Notes: a model not told the origin generated them from the sequence alone. A DNA stretch of 64,000 bases from Podarcis liolepis (GCA_965112155.1 OZ218104.1); one strand, 5' to 3'. Positions 12,699 to 25,942 are shown, numbered from the stretch's first letter. Numbers and translations: made by a program.

Positions 12699-13619
12699 TC
12701 TTAACTGTTTTTAATTATTTTATGCATACATTTCCTTGAGACGATGGTTCAGAATGTGATTTATAAATCAATTGTAATAATCATTATCATCCTATTTTAA
12801 AACCATTTAAGCCAGTAGCCAACATCACACATGACGGTGAATTCCATATGTTAATCATGTACTCTTTGAATAAGTATTTTTCCCTTTTTCTTTCCTAAAT
12901 TCACTGTACAAACATCAGTCTCATTGGATCAATTTCACTGGATGACCCTGTGCTGTAGTGATATGAAAGAGGGGGATGGACATTGTACACAAATTACAAT
13001 AAAATTATTTCTACCAGATAAATAGATAAGCAGGGAGACAGGCACGCAGGCAGGCAGTTTCCCTCTCTTATCTAATTAGCTTTTTTGGAGGGGGGTTATT
13101 GTGCATTATGCAAATATGTTTATTTATTTACTTGTATTCATCCACTCACTCACTCACTTATTCATTTAATTTCTATCTTGCAATGTGCTTCAAAAAGACT
13201 CAGGGCTTCTTTTTGATACCTCAGATACTGAGGTTCCACTTCAGTACACACAATTATAGTCTTAAAATCTCTAGCAATGTTAAAAAGTGATTGCTTCACC
13301 TAACACAGGATTCTTCTTATCTGCTCCTCTTGGGAATCTATGATTACTGAGCCACTGGGGGGGGGGGGAGAAGTAAAATGAATGATGTGCTTTTTACCAC
13401 AGCTCTTTAGTTTTATTAACAGCAGACTTCCATTTGTATAGAATAATGGCTCCCTGTAAAATCTCTGCAAAATAGAGTTTCACATGGAATCACATGTATT
13501 TTGAGCATTATGTAGTATCAGCAGTTTTGAAGATCTGGACTCTTTCCTACCCTTAAACAGAAACTGCCTGGGCACCCAGCATCAGCTCTCAACATACATA
13601 AGGGATGTTAATGTTGATG

Positions 13620-14090
13620 TAGGGAAATAAGAAAGCCCAGTTGGATCAAGGCAAAGATCCATGTAGTCTAGCATTCTGTTCTCACAGTGGTCAACCACTG
13701 GAAGCAAGATTGGAGCACTACAGCACAGTCTGCATTTGTGATTCCCGGCAGCTGGTATTCAGAGGTATATCGCCTCCAACACCAGAGGTAGAAAACAGCC
13801 ACTATCCTCCATGCACTTCTCTAATACGCTTTAAGGCAGGAATCCCCAACCTTTGGCCCTCCAGATGTTTTGGACTACAATTCCCATCATCCCAGACCAC
13901 TGGTCCTGTTAGCTAGGGATCATGGGAGTTGTAGGCCAAAACATCTGGAGGGCCACAGGTTGGGGATGCCTGCTTTAAGGCTATCCAGGTTAATGGCCAT
14001 CACTACATCTTTGGGAAGTGAATTCCATAGTTTAACTATGTGTTGTGTGAAGAAGTCAGACCTGAATCTTCCAGTCTTGGGTTTCTGTTA
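13620..14090 (-). mobile_element. CR1 LINE 3' fragment interrupted by a hAT MITE
   Basis: Reverse-strand CR1-type sequence (gtgaattccatagtttaactatgtgttgtgtgaagaag; ttggatcaaggcaaagatccatgtagtctagcattctg). Confidence 0.7.
13837..13972. mobile_element. hAT MITE (palindromic, 136 bp)
   Basis: TIRs caggaatccccaac / gttggggatgcctg; perfect 8-bp TSD CTTTAAGG at 13829-13836 and 13973-13980. Confidence 0.9.
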
Positions 14091-14766
14091 ATTTCAGTGG
14101 GCCTAATGTTGAATACAAGCATCAAATGAAAAATAAAAGAGCATTTTTTAAAAAATAGGATGGGCAATTCAAAGTCATCATACTGTTTCCCACTCTCACG
14201 GGTCCACAGTTCCATGCCCCTAATGTTCTTCCAAGAGATCTTTAGAAAAGAGAGAAATTATTTCTTATCAAAGTGATAATGCCACCAAAGATTCAACACA
14301 AGCTTTGTTTGTTGCATAAATAACACCAGGAAAATACACACCTTGATATTCAGTTTAGGGGGTCCGAATAACAAATATGATAATCATTTGGTACACATTA
14401 GACGGAAGAAACAATCTACTTTTTGCCTCCATAAGAATTTGAGCTTGCACTCTGTGTGTCCTGAAACCAATCCAACCATACACAGATTTCTGTGAAGAAC
14501 AGAATGTGTGAAACATATGCTGACTTTGAATCCAATGGTTGCTGATCTTGGAAAGTTCATTTTTTTTAAAAAATGGATCTACTTCTATTTCAAGTTTAAC
14601 ATGTCCAAAGAGAAAGTAAAGAACACATGTAATAGAATGAACTGGAAGATATAAAATAGAAATAATTCAAAATCCTACCCCAAAATGAACATAATCTACA
14701 TTAAGTTCACTCAGAACACATGGAAACTACTTTCTGGTGTAGTTGAGAGATTATTTAAACTAATTC

Positions 14767-14908
14767 CAGTGCTCCCCCCAAAAAAATGTTTAGGGGTACT
14801 CTCATTGTGCTACTCATATTGAAATACTGCCCCTCAATGATGCCAAACTTAGATTCACAAAATGTTTAGGGGTATGTGTACCCCTGGGTACCCCCAGAAA
14901 AAGCATCA
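14767..14908. mobile_element. hAT MITE with CAGTGCT-type termini (short form)
   Basis: Starts cagtgct and ends agaaaaagcatca; 8-bp TSD ACTAATTC at 14759-14766 and 14909-14916. Confidence 0.8.
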
Positions 14909-14987
14909 ACTAATTCCATGAACTTTTGTTCATTCCAAGCACTGAATTGTTGGCAGTGACAGAGGATGGGGACAGAAAATAAAACAT

Positions 14988-15273
14988 GGTTGTTGTTTAG
15001 TTGTTTAGCCATGTCCGACTCTTCGTGACCCCATGGACCAGAGCACGCCAGGCACTCCTGTCTTCCACTGACTCCTGCAGTATGGTCAAACTCATGCTGG
15101 TAGCTTCGAGAACACTGTCCAACCATCTCGTCCTCTGTCGTCCCCTTCCCCTTGCACCCTCCATCTTTCCTAACATCAGGGTCTTTTCCAGGGAGTCTTC
15201 TCTTCTCATGAGGTGGCCAAAGTATTGGAGCCTCAGCTTCAGGATCTGTCCTTCCTGTGAGCACTCAGGGCTG
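14988..15273 (-). mobile_element. Bov-B (RTE) LINE, 5'-truncated
   Basis: Peptide MRREDSLEKTLMLGKMEGARGRGRQRTRWLD; 3' end ggggtcacgaagagtcggac...aaacaacaac; 9-bp TSD ATAAAACAT. Confidence 0.92.
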
Positions 15274-15538
15274 ATAAAACATAGGCTTTGTGAAACATAG
15301 ATATCAGGTGTATAACATGTTGAACCATTGGTTCATTTTGTATAGTCATCATTTCTACACTAATTATTAGCAGATCACCAGGTTTTCAGGCAAGTTCATT
15401 CTCAGCACTGCTTGCAGATTCAAGGGGTTGAACCTCAAACATTTTGCACACTTTTTTTTTTTTTTAGCTGTACCACTGAGATATGGCTGTTCCCCAAGTT
15501 TTCAAGCTTGAAAATTGGAGTATAGCGCTTGTACCATG

Positions 15539-16033
15539 TAGGGATGAATGAATCTTTACAGTATGTATGTCTTTGACATGTGTTCACTTATAAATCTATT
15601 GTTCTGTTTCTGCAGTAGTGAAAAACTGTATTATTAATACAATTATTTAAAAATAAATTATTTAAATAATTGTATACCATTATTTAAACATTATTTTGGG
15701 TGTATGTTTTCCACAAAATACTCATTCTAAATGTATTTTTTATCAACATCCACATTATAAACACATTTTGTCTTCTGCACTTAATATACATATAAATACA
15801 CATAATCCATCTAACATAATGCATATAAAAAGGTATCAATTTCCTTTAAAAAATGCATTTCGGTGTGATTTTGAGCTGAAAGTGCATGGCAAAATTTTGA
15901 GATGTGTGACATCTGAAGGATAACATAGCTATTACATTATGTACTTTCTAATGCTATGTACTCTAGTCTCTTAGGCGCAGATCAGGTGAGTTTGCATCTG
16001 AATTGACAAGGAATGAATTCCTCAAGCATTCCC
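15539..16033 (+). mobile_element. AT-rich non-autonomous TIR element with TAGGGATG...CATCCCTA-type termini (hAT-like)
   Basis: Dispersed family; other copies or fragments at about 2500-2644, 18258-18660, 24579-24817, 26509-27266(-), 29935-30320, 32608-32760 and 44465-44870. Confidence 0.6.
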
Positions 16034-17124
16034 AGTGAGATCTCCATGAGTTCTATAATTATTGCATCTAGTCTCTTACCAGTGCATATTGCTTTAATAA
16101 GGACATTACATTCAGAACAAGCAATCCACTGTTAAACTTTAATACCTCTGTTTACAACCCCTTGGGCATGTATCCAGTTTAAATACAATAACAAAACATC
16201 TAAAATCATGATTAAAAAAAATGTAAAATAAACATATCTCAGATATTCTGAATAGTTTTTGAAGGGGCCTGGAAAACACATCATGCATACCTTTGGATCA
16301 CAACTACACCATAAAATTAAAACACTCTCATAACAGCAGTCTTCAGAAAACTAGGATTTTCAACAGTCTTGGAAAATCCTAGTTTTCCCAGTTGTAGCTC
16401 TGTGAGGTCAGCTCTCTTAACAAAATACAGCTTTAATTGTATCATGTAGATGTAACCTTAAAGTGAAGATCCGATCCCCTGCCTCAAACCCCCTACAATT
16501 ATTAAGTTCACCACTGATTCAAATTTATCCATTGATTGAAGAGTTTCACGTTACTTGGTCACTAGTGAAAACCAAGTAACTAGTGAAAACCTTTTTCTCT
16601 GGTTATACTTTCTGGATGAAACATAGACATAATTGGTGGTTGAAAACTTGTTTTCTTCTACTCTTCTCCTGCCCCCTCAGCAATATGTGAACCTACCCAC
16701 TTCTCACTTTCTGACTCCATACACTTCGTCAATGCAGTTACTATTCAAAATTTGCCCTTCTTGGAATTTTACAGTGAAGTTCTCACTTGATGAGGCGATA
16801 TTGCAAACTGAAGTTAAGAAACAGAGAGATTTTTTTTTTAAAAAGTCAGATTTGTCTTTCCCTAACACATATGCACTTGATTTATTTTTAGCCCATTTGT
16901 TTACATCCCTTCCCCATATTCCACCTTTTTCCTTGAGCATCATTGGTCTAGCAATTTGGAACAAACAACAGGAACTCTAAGGAGAAATCCTTGTCTAAAA
17001 ACAGAACAAAAGGGGAAGGGACACTTACATTTTATAATGGAATTATGCAAAGCTAAAATAATTTTTGACCAAGGTGGCTGCAGTTAATGATACTATTTGA
17101 TATGAACCCCTTCTGTTACTGATT

Positions 17125-17440
17125 CTTTTTCTTTTGAGTTATGTTCAACCTGGTCTTTGTCAGCTCGTGGAGATTCTTTTAATTGCAGCCAGAATCTGCA
17201 TGACAAGACACTGGGAAAGGAATCAATTCCCATCTGTTAAGGAACAGTTTACAAAAAGCTGCCTTTGTTATGGAGATGAAGAAGCTCATGAGATATAAAT
17301 GGTTCTACTAAGCTATACAATTCAAAACTGTTCTGATGTCTGGACTTGTTTTATACTTTAAAAAAGGCATCACACTTTTTTCATACTCCAGTAAACTACA
17401 CTACATTTATTTTTACTTTATTTTTAAAATAATAATAATA
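17125..17440 (+). mobile_element. L1/Tx1-like ORF2 C-terminal fragment
   Basis: From 17161 the frame reads QLVEILLIAARICMTRHWERNQFPSVKEQF, resembling the L1 ORF2 C-terminal LLxAARxxIxxxW motif; AT-rich 3' region follows. Confidence 0.5.
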
Positions 17441-17876
17441 ATGGGTATCAATATAAGGAAACATTAGATTCTGGACATCTTGGCACAATTATTGGAACAT
17501 ATGCTGCCAAAGAAAGCTACTTCTTAAACGGCATCACAAGCTTTTTCTCAGATTTAAGATGCCCATAGCCAGCAAGTAGAAGCCCAGGAACTGGTGCGGT
17601 AAAGCTAAAAGTTAGAGACAGGTGTTCATAACCAGAAACAAGTCAAGGGCCAATAAAAGCTCATATTATAGGCAAAGGCCCAGTCTGAACACAAAGTCTT
17701 TCTTCACTTGCTCACTCTGATGTTGACTTGAGGGGGTTCTGGGTTCTCCCCCTACTGAACATTAAGCTAGATCCCTTGGAACAAAGACAGATCCCTTGAA
17801 ATATCCCCCTGAGTCACCTAAGCAATAAGAGGCATGATTTAGGTGTCCCATGGTGCTTAAAAATATAACCTGTCAG

Positions 17877-18228
17877 TGTTGTTGTTGTTTAGTTGTTTAG
17901 TCGTGTCCGACTCTTCATGACCCATGGACCAGAGCACGCCAGGCACTCCTGTCTTCCACTGCCTCCTGCAGTTTGGTCAAACTCATGTTCATAGCTTCAT
18001 CCAGCCATCTCGTCCTCCGTCATCCCCTTCTCCTTGTGCCCTCAATCTTTCCCAACATCAGGGTCTTTTCCAGGGAGTCTTCTCTTCTCATGAGGTGGCC
18101 AAAGTATTGGAGTCTCAGCTTCAGGACCTGTCCTTCCAGCGAGCACTCAGGGCTGATTTCCTTAAGAATGGATAGGTTTGATCTTCTTGCAGTCCATGGG
18201 ACTTTCAAGAGTCTTCTCCAGCACCATA
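17877..18228 (-). mobile_element. Bov-B (RTE) LINE, 5'-truncated
   Basis: KVPWTARRSNLSILKEISPECSLEGQVLKLRLQYFGHLMRREDSLEKTLMLGKIEG; (CAA)n tail on the minus strand. Confidence 0.92.
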
Positions 18229-21200
18229 ATTATATTTGCCCACCCATAACCTATCATTAGGGGGTGGGCAAATATGTTAATTTTGATTTCTCTCAGCTTT
18301 AAGTTCAGTTCCCCACATTTTCACATCAATTTAAGATTATTATTCTTTAAAAAATACTCCTCATAAAAATTCACTTGCATTTTAGTGCAAATTTATCATA
18401 GTACAGAAATGTTTGTATGCAATTTTCCATAATATAATATATTTTCTATATTATTTTTACTAATATTTCCATTATTGTGTATGCTATACTCCCACAATAT
18501 GCATTTTTGTATATGTTGTTTGTCCCAAGAACTTTATTGCAAATTGGAAAAGTTCACATTTCAAAGGGGAGCACTGTTTTAGTTCGTATATTGTTTCAGA
18601 AAGTGTACGTGTATGTTAATTTTGTCTTAAGCAAGAACTGAATCTTATTTCTCCCCTATTCATCAAGTTCAAATTCAGGCAAAACATTTTCTCATATTAA
18701 AGAGTTGGGCAATATGAAAGGACTATGCTTATGATGTCCTGTTGAACTTACCCCATGTTGGTCCCCTTACTCACCTATTTCCTTGTTTCTATTTTTTTTC
18801 TTGTAAACTCCTGTAGCACTGTAAACTTCTGTGGGTTAGAGACTACACTGCATCACAAGAGCTTGATATGTTCCCCTCTGCCTCAGGGGTGTGAGAGTGT
18901 GGCAGTAACTCTGTGGCAAAACACCTGCTTTGCATACAGATCCCAAGCGCAGTCCATAACATCTTGTTGTTGGGCCCTGCATGAAAACCAGGATAGCCAT
19001 TGTCTGTCAGTACTGGGTTAGATGGACCAATGGTCTGAATTAGTGTAAGACAGATCTCTATGTTCAGAGCCCTTGTGGATAGCGACTAAGCAAACCTCTT
19101 TTTTTTGCTAACTGCCATGATCTCAAATGATGCTATGGAAATACATGCATATAAAAAGATTGCATGTGAAGGTTGTGTAAGAACAGAAGGAGAGAGCAAA
19201 AGAGCAGCAGTTTCCTTGAATACCAAGCTGCACCAAAGCTAAAGCTCTTCTCGGTGAGCTGCATTAACAGAAATGTCCGTCATATTTATCAAAGTTTCTC
19301 ATTTATTTTCTATAGAACAATGCATTCCATGTGTTACTAATCTAATTGCTAGCTACACTAATTCCAGCAAAGTAATTCGCACAGCAATAATCCACATGCC
19401 TACGCATGTACCTATGTTACTCCCCCTACATAAAAAAATAAAATAACTGAACATGGTTCTCAAACATTCATTACCTTTTTCACAGTCACAGCTTCCCCTT
19501 TGCTTGCTTTTCTGAGTTATTGATGTGTCACAATGTGACCTCCTTTTTGGCACTCTAGACTCTAGGTCAGAAGACCAACCAGTGGCTAACAAAGGATGAC
19601 ATGGCTAAGCGGTGCTGTGAGGTCATGGAGAAAGCCAGGTAAATGGTGCAAGAAATAGATACAAACAGTTACTTTAGATTTGATCTCAAGCACTTTATAG
19701 TATCCCCCTTTGCAAACACAGGTGTGATTTTCATTGCAGAAAACAGACAGAGACAAAAAAAAAACCCCAACACCAATGGGGGAGGATTGGAAAATAAAAC
19801 AGTGGTATTCTGGATTTTTTTGTGATTTCTGATAACCTATCTGGGCATTCATGATAGCAGAAACACATGATGGCTCATGGTGTCCAATGGACCACCATAG
19901 AAACCCTTGTCGTGCATTACTGGCAGTGGCGCTATCAAGGCACAACCTGGGGGTGAAATGAATCAGAGTCCCCAAACAAAGCATGGCTGGCTTGTCACAT
20001 TTTGAAGTAACTGAAGTAGTTTGTACTACCTTCTATATAGCACCCACCAGCACTGCTTTATCAATGTTTGTTTCATTGCATATTTATTATTTTATTGTTT
20101 CTTTGTGACCTTTCCTCTCTTCCTCCAACCCACTGTGTGAATTGAGTCTTACATTCAAATTCTGAACTGCCATTAATATTAACTGTAGTTAGTGAAGGCA
20201 AGTGAGCTTCATAAACAATGGTTTGAAGTTGATTTGTTTCAAACCAACCATAGTTAAGGTTAACCATAGTCTGTCTTGCTCAGACAACATAACAAGCTGC
20301 TGCTGATCTAAACTGGAAGTGAAATCTTCCTAATTCCTCTTTGCAGCCATGAAAGAAGAGGAAGGGTGGGCATGTGAGTGTGAGGCTGAAGGAGGACTCA
20401 ATCTCAAAATGGCCAATGTATTTCACATATTTGCCTTTCTGCTAACACATCCCCATTTTTGTTACGTGACACTTGACAGTTATGACTTTCTGCTATATTA
20501 ATAGCAGATGTACCATCCATTATAAAATGTACCCAGAGTAATCTTGCATCACTTACATTTAGCAACCTATTTTATTTCTTTATTATTTTTCTCAGGCACA
20601 TGTAACAAATGGATGGATGTTGTGAATGCAATTCTGAAGGCCATCACAAAAATAAGGAATTTTATGTTTGTTTGCCAAAACCATTCACCAATATGTTTTT
20701 AAGAAATGCTAGGTTATAAAAAGGCTGTGTGGAACTTAATATGCTTTGAATGTCACCCCTCCAATTAATTCATTTCCCTCACCACCTCTTTTTGTTTAGC
20801 TCCAAAAGGCTCCAAAATATGCACAGTGATTGTGCTTAAAGACAAATATTCATTCAAAGATAATGTACTTAAGCAGTCTTGGTCTTAACTATTAAATTCA
20901 ATAAACTCATTTCTATTGAATTACTAGATATGCAAAAGGACCAGCAGCTTGCACTGCCATTGGATAGTATGCTGAAGCCGCTTGGAAACCTAAAGGAGAT
21001 TCAGCCCATTAAGTTTAAAAGCATTGAGTTTCTTATGATTAATGTTGTGGACAAAGGTGACTTTATTGTTAAACCAAAAATTTTGATAACATGGCACAGT
21101 TCAGCACATTCATAAATACCTTGCCATTCCCTGTCTTTTTCTAAGCCCTATCCAAGTCTTAGGACAGTGCAATCCTATTTAAGGCTGTGCCAAAGATCAA

Positions 21201-21639
21201 TGGATATTTTTTTCAAATGCTTGATCTTGAAGTTAATAATAAAACATTGTATATTTAGTGGTACATTACCCCATTTTATATCCATGACAACACTAAATAT
21301 CAAGTTAGACTGAGAGGAAGAGAGACTGTCCCACACTTATTTAGATATCTTTCTTGAAAAAAGCACCCGGGGAGGTTCAGTGGTATGGCATGTACTTTGT
21401 GGGGAGCAGGTCCCGGATTTGATTCCAAGCATCCCCAGGTAATGCCATTAGTATTCAACCCTCGACCCAAATATGCATTCAAACTACTTCATGTTCTTTT
21501 CCTTACTTTATGTGTCTTAACAGTGACCCAGTAGTGTCCTCCAAAGCCACCAGATGCAGACCAATGGGAAAGAGATAGGTTAGGGGTAGCTGCTAGCATG
21601 GCGCCCTCCAGTGCAACCACGGCCTTCAGCTTCAGTCAT

Positions 21640-22228
21640 TGTCACAGGAGTGTGCCGGTCAGTAATCTCACAATTCAGAGTTGGGGGTAACACTTCATTA
21701 GCAAAAACACAATCTCCACAGACTTGGCTGAGTGACAGGCCTAATGAGCACAGCAGCTTATTCATGGTGGCCATACTCCTTGAAGATCAGCTGCTGAGAC
21801 TGAAGTCCCCACCTCCTCACAGCCATCTAAGTCTTATCCTCTCCGGGGCTTTTTGACAGCCTCTCCCCCACCCTTTCTGTGCCTCTTCTGGTTCTGGGAG
21901 ACAAGAGAAGGAAAGCTTGTCTCAGTAGTAGGGGTGATTCTTCACCAGCCTGATGCATCTCTGCCTCTTTGCCTCCCTCCTCCCACAGTCCAGCTTCAGC
22001 TTCAGCTTCTGCCTCTGATTCTGGATTTCTCTCTGCTACAGACTCCCAGCTAACTAAGACCTGTTACCTCTTCAGCTTCTGACACCTCTTCCCAGTCTGC
22101 TCCCTTTTCTTCCTCTGACCACTTATCATTGTCCCACAACCACTCCATGGGGCACTGAGCCTTCTTCCCTTGGTGGTTCCCCAGCTGGTTCCTTCCTCCA
22201 CTCCTCTGAATCCAACCAGTCCATGACA
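21640..22228 (-). mobile_element. Solo LTR (589 bp)
   Basis: Perfect termini TGTCA...TGACA; flanks GTCAT / GTCAA (5-bp TSD with one mismatch); no internal gag/pol sequence. Confidence 0.65.
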
Positions 22229-22999
22229 GTCAATACCATATACCAATGATCAGGGGTAATGGGAATTGTAGTCTAAAACAACTGGAAGGACCACATTCAC
22301 AATCCCTGAGTTAGATGAACCAGTGATCTGATTCTATATAAGCAGTTTCCTCTGTCTGTATACACCGGACTCTAAAACTTCATAGCTTGGTCTCTTATAT
22401 TGGCCTCTAAATCACCTTGTCTTGAAATGAATGCATTTTTTCTTGAGGTTTCCTCTAATCACCAAGCAGCACCCTCAGCATAGCACATCAGCTATGCTTG
22501 ACAGTAACATGACAAGCACTATATATGACACTGTGGTGAATCATCATAGAAATTCATGGAGATATTGTGGTAACGGATAGTTAGCATGGTATAAATATGT
22601 CTGATAATAAAAAAAAACCCCTATGTCCCCTCTGCTCCCCATCTGGAAAAAGAAATTCTACACAGGTAATTTCTCTGCTAAAGAAGTGATTTCCCCTCCT
22701 GGCTCCTCAGAGAGTCTTTACATTTCTTTGAATTTACAGCATTAATTCACCATGCATGGAAGGTGAATAGTCAGAAGCTCTGGGGACCTGTTACCAGGTT
22801 CTTACATGACAGGAAACACACAACAGTACCAAAATGTCTCTGGAGGTTGTAAAAATTACCATCTAGTGATGTACAGCACCTGAATTCAGAGGATGTATGA
22901 AGTATAGCACAAGCCTATTAGCTGACTGTCTCCCCCTGAATCCAAGAGGAAGGGGAATAAAATGGGAAAAAGGAGCAGTTATAAACAGTGCGATCAGTC

Positions 23000-23480
23000 A
23001 CAATGCTTGTAGAAACAGCTCAAAACCTACTTTGCCTCTGTCTTCACCCAAAAAGAAAGTTGTGCTCAATCTGGTGAAAAAAGATTAAACAAGGCAAACA
23101 GAGATGCATGCAGCCCAAGGATGGAAAAGAGGTAGTAAGGGAACACAAAACTATTTTAAAAGAATGCAAATCTCCAGGCGTGATGAGCTGCACCCAAGGG
23201 TACTAAAGGAGCCTGCAGATGTAATCTCACAGATTCTATCTATAATCTTGGAAAATTCTTGGAGAACAGGTGAGGTCCCTGCAGACAGGAGGTAAGCAAA
23301 TGTTGTCCCTATCTTCAAAAATGGGGAGGGGGCAGACCCAGGTAACTACTGACCAGTCAGCTTGATGTCGATGCCAAGAAAGGTAATAGAACAGATAATT
23401 AAACAGTCTGTGAGCACTTAAAAAAGGATGCTGTGATTGCTAAGGCCCATCATGGGTTTCTCAAAAACAAATCATATCAG
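23000..23480 (+). mobile_element. CR1 ORF2 internal fragment
   Basis: DELHPRVLKEPADVISQILSIILENSWRTGEVPAD...ANVVPIFK...DPGNY*PVSL, the CR1 pre-RT motif, with stops. Confidence 0.88.
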
Positions 23481-23776
23481 CTTCTATAGAATGAAGATGG
23501 GAGACGATCATGCCTTTGAGATATATGAGTGGTATTCAACTAAGTTTTGCTCAGACTGAAATTAATGGGTCTAACAGTAAATGTATGCACAGGCTTAAAC
23601 TTGTCCTTCAAAGATGCTCATCTTGTTTAGTAAAAAAAAGCTATCCACAGTTGATCAAGGCATAACTGAGTCAACATTGGACACTAAGGGTTATAGCCAA
23701 TGCTAGTAGACCAAATTAATTTAATGACCATGACTAAATAAGGTTACTTAAGTTCAATTAAGTAATTGAACTCTGA

Positions 23777-24373
23777 ATTCTTGGGCTCCATGATCACTGC
23801 AGATGGTGACAGCAGCCACAAAATTAAGAGACGCCTGCTTCTTGGGAGAAAAGCAATGACAAACCTAGACAGCATCTTAAAAAGTAGAGACATCACCTTG
23901 CCAACAAAGGTCCGTATAGTAAAAGCTATGGTTTTCCCAGTAGTGGTGTATGGAAGTGAGAGCTGGACCATAAAGAAGGCTGATCGCCAAAGAATTGATG
24001 CTTTTGAATTATGGTGCTGGAGGAGACTCCTGAGAATCCCATGGACTGCAGGAATTTCAAACCTATCCATTCTTAAGGAAATCAGCCCTGAGTGCTCACT
24101 GGAAGGACAGATCGTGAAGCTGAGGCTCCAATACTTTGGCCACCTCATGAGAAGAGAAGACTCCCTGGAAAAGACCCTGATGATGGGAAAGATGGAGGGC
24201 ACAAGGAGAAGGGGAAGACAGAGGACGAAATAGTTGGATAGTGTCTTCGAAGCTACCAGCATGAGTTTGACCAAACTGCTGGAGGCAGTGGAAGACAGAA
24301 GTGCCTGGCGTGCTCTGGTCCATGGGGTCATGAACAGTCGGACATGACTAAATGACTAAACAACACAACAACA
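23777..24373 (+). mobile_element. Bov-B (RTE) LINE, 5'-truncated, about 600 bp
   Basis: ORF 23766-24233 FLGSMITADGDSSHKIKRRLLLGRKAMTNLDSILKSRDITLPTKVRIVKAMVFPVV...; (CAA)n tail; TSD AAGTTCAATTAA at 23750-23761 and 24374-24385. Confidence 0.95.
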
Positions 24374-24817
24374 AAGTTCAATTAATAAGGGGTGCTTGAA
24401 TACAATCTTATGGTTTACTTGCTGAGCATAAAATGAAAGGGCCCACAGAATTAATCACTCCTTCAATATCTTATTTGGGTAGCTCCCAAAGTCATAGCTG
24501 TGGTTTGAACCCAGAGAGCAAATTAAGCCTCTGTTTGTCCAAGCCCTCAGTTCTAGATGAAACTAGCCCATATGCGACTAGGGACGGCTGAGTCAGTTTC
24601 TCATTTTTTCCAATTTGAAGTTCAACCCTCTACTTTTCCACCTTAGTTTGAAGAATTTTTAGAAAGTCCTCAGCATTTTAATAAACATGTTTAGGTGTAA
24701 TTTTGCCTAAAGCACACCTTTCCCCAAAGCATCCCCCCCCCTAATATATTCATTTTTATAAACACCTTGCCCTAGTATATGCTTTGTTGTACATATTACT
24801 TGGCTGGAGAACTGCAC

Positions 24818-24986
24818 TTCAGCTAATGGGGCCTCTTGCTGCCACTGCTGCTGCGCCGCAGGAGCACGATTTCTGTTCTCATCCTGAAGCAAAGTTCTTA
24901 ATCTGAAGCACTATTTCTGGGTTAGCGGAGTCTGTAACCTGAAGCGTATGTAACCTGAAGCATATGTAACCTGAGGTACCACTGTA
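24818..24986. mobile_element. Tigger-like MITE, 3' half only
   Basis: Same family as 26896-27136; ends cctgaggtaccactg+TA; left end fused to a TAGGGA-type element. Confidence 0.8.
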
Positions 24987-25247
24987 TGTTCTAAAATATT
25001 GTAAATATATAAAAATATGTAAAACAGTCATACACCCTCACAGCTAATAATTTCAAAGTTGCCTTAAATATCAGGATCAACAGAAATGGTGTGCTTTTCT
25101 GTTTGTTTCTTTGCTTGTTTGCTTGCTTGCTAACTTTCTCATGAAAATTAATAATAACTAAATACTTTGGACTACAGCTCTCATCAACCAATGACCATGG
25201 ATAATGGGACCTGTAGTATAGCATATCTAGAAGGTCGAAAGGCAGCA

Positions 25248-25248
25248 T

Positions 25249-25280
<32 letters not shown>

Positions 25281-25304
25281 ATAATAATAATAATAATAAT
25301 AATA
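25248..25304. repeat. Compound microsatellite (TAC)n(TAA)n
   Basis: Direct reading. Confidence 0.95.
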
Positions 25305-25942
25305 AGGTTCTTATGGCCATGAAGCCATCTTGGTCAGTGGATAGGAGATACTTTACATTGGGCAATGGTGGTGTCGGGGGTGGGGGAGACTAACACAATG
25401 CTGTGGGCAAAGCAGCGACCGGTCGAAGATGAATAAATGATGCTTAATTTAGGTCACAATATTCAGTTTCCTTTATTTCAACATTTTGATGCAGAGCCTT
25501 GAAGTTTGCAAAGCAGAATTTACAGAGGGCTTCATGCCACTTTTTTTTAGTGTGCTTTCCTTTTTGATGAGCCACTGACAAACATCACTGGGTGTTGTTC
25601 TTGCCAGGCATTTTATTTTCTTACAATATACATAAGGGAGTATTTATTAATGCTTACATTATATGTTGGGGTAAGAGCCAAATGTATTTGAGGAAATAAA
25701 CAATGCTCCTGGGTCATTTGGGTGGGAGAAAGCTATTCTGATAACTGTTCAGTTGTTATCTGTGTTCTTCTAATATTGGTTGCTTCAGGGTAGGGAGTGG
25801 ATAGGAAATAATCTAAAATGCAACAGGTATGAAAGCTTTTTCTAGTACTTTTCATGAACAGATTTGTTTTATTTGCAGATAAGTAAGTAGAAAATAAGTG
25901 GTGAAAACAGAAGACACCCCTGCAAGGGATCTGTTATCCCAT

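Noticed and set aside
19566-19638. Possible + strand coding exon (QKTNQWLTKDDMAKRCCEVMEKA) with donor AG|GTAAAT
   Set aside because: Weak acceptor and no recognisable homology; splicing to the next good acceptor (20596) gives a stop after two codons.
23744-24331. 195-aa minus-strand ORF, and similar ORFs at 15001, 17973 and 51970
   Set aside because: Antisense shadow frames of Bov-B, a common source of spurious predicted proteins.
24991-25365. ORF with poly-Leu/poly-Val, and poly-Ile/poly-Asn ORFs near 39922-40432
   Set aside because: Translations of trinucleotide microsatellites.
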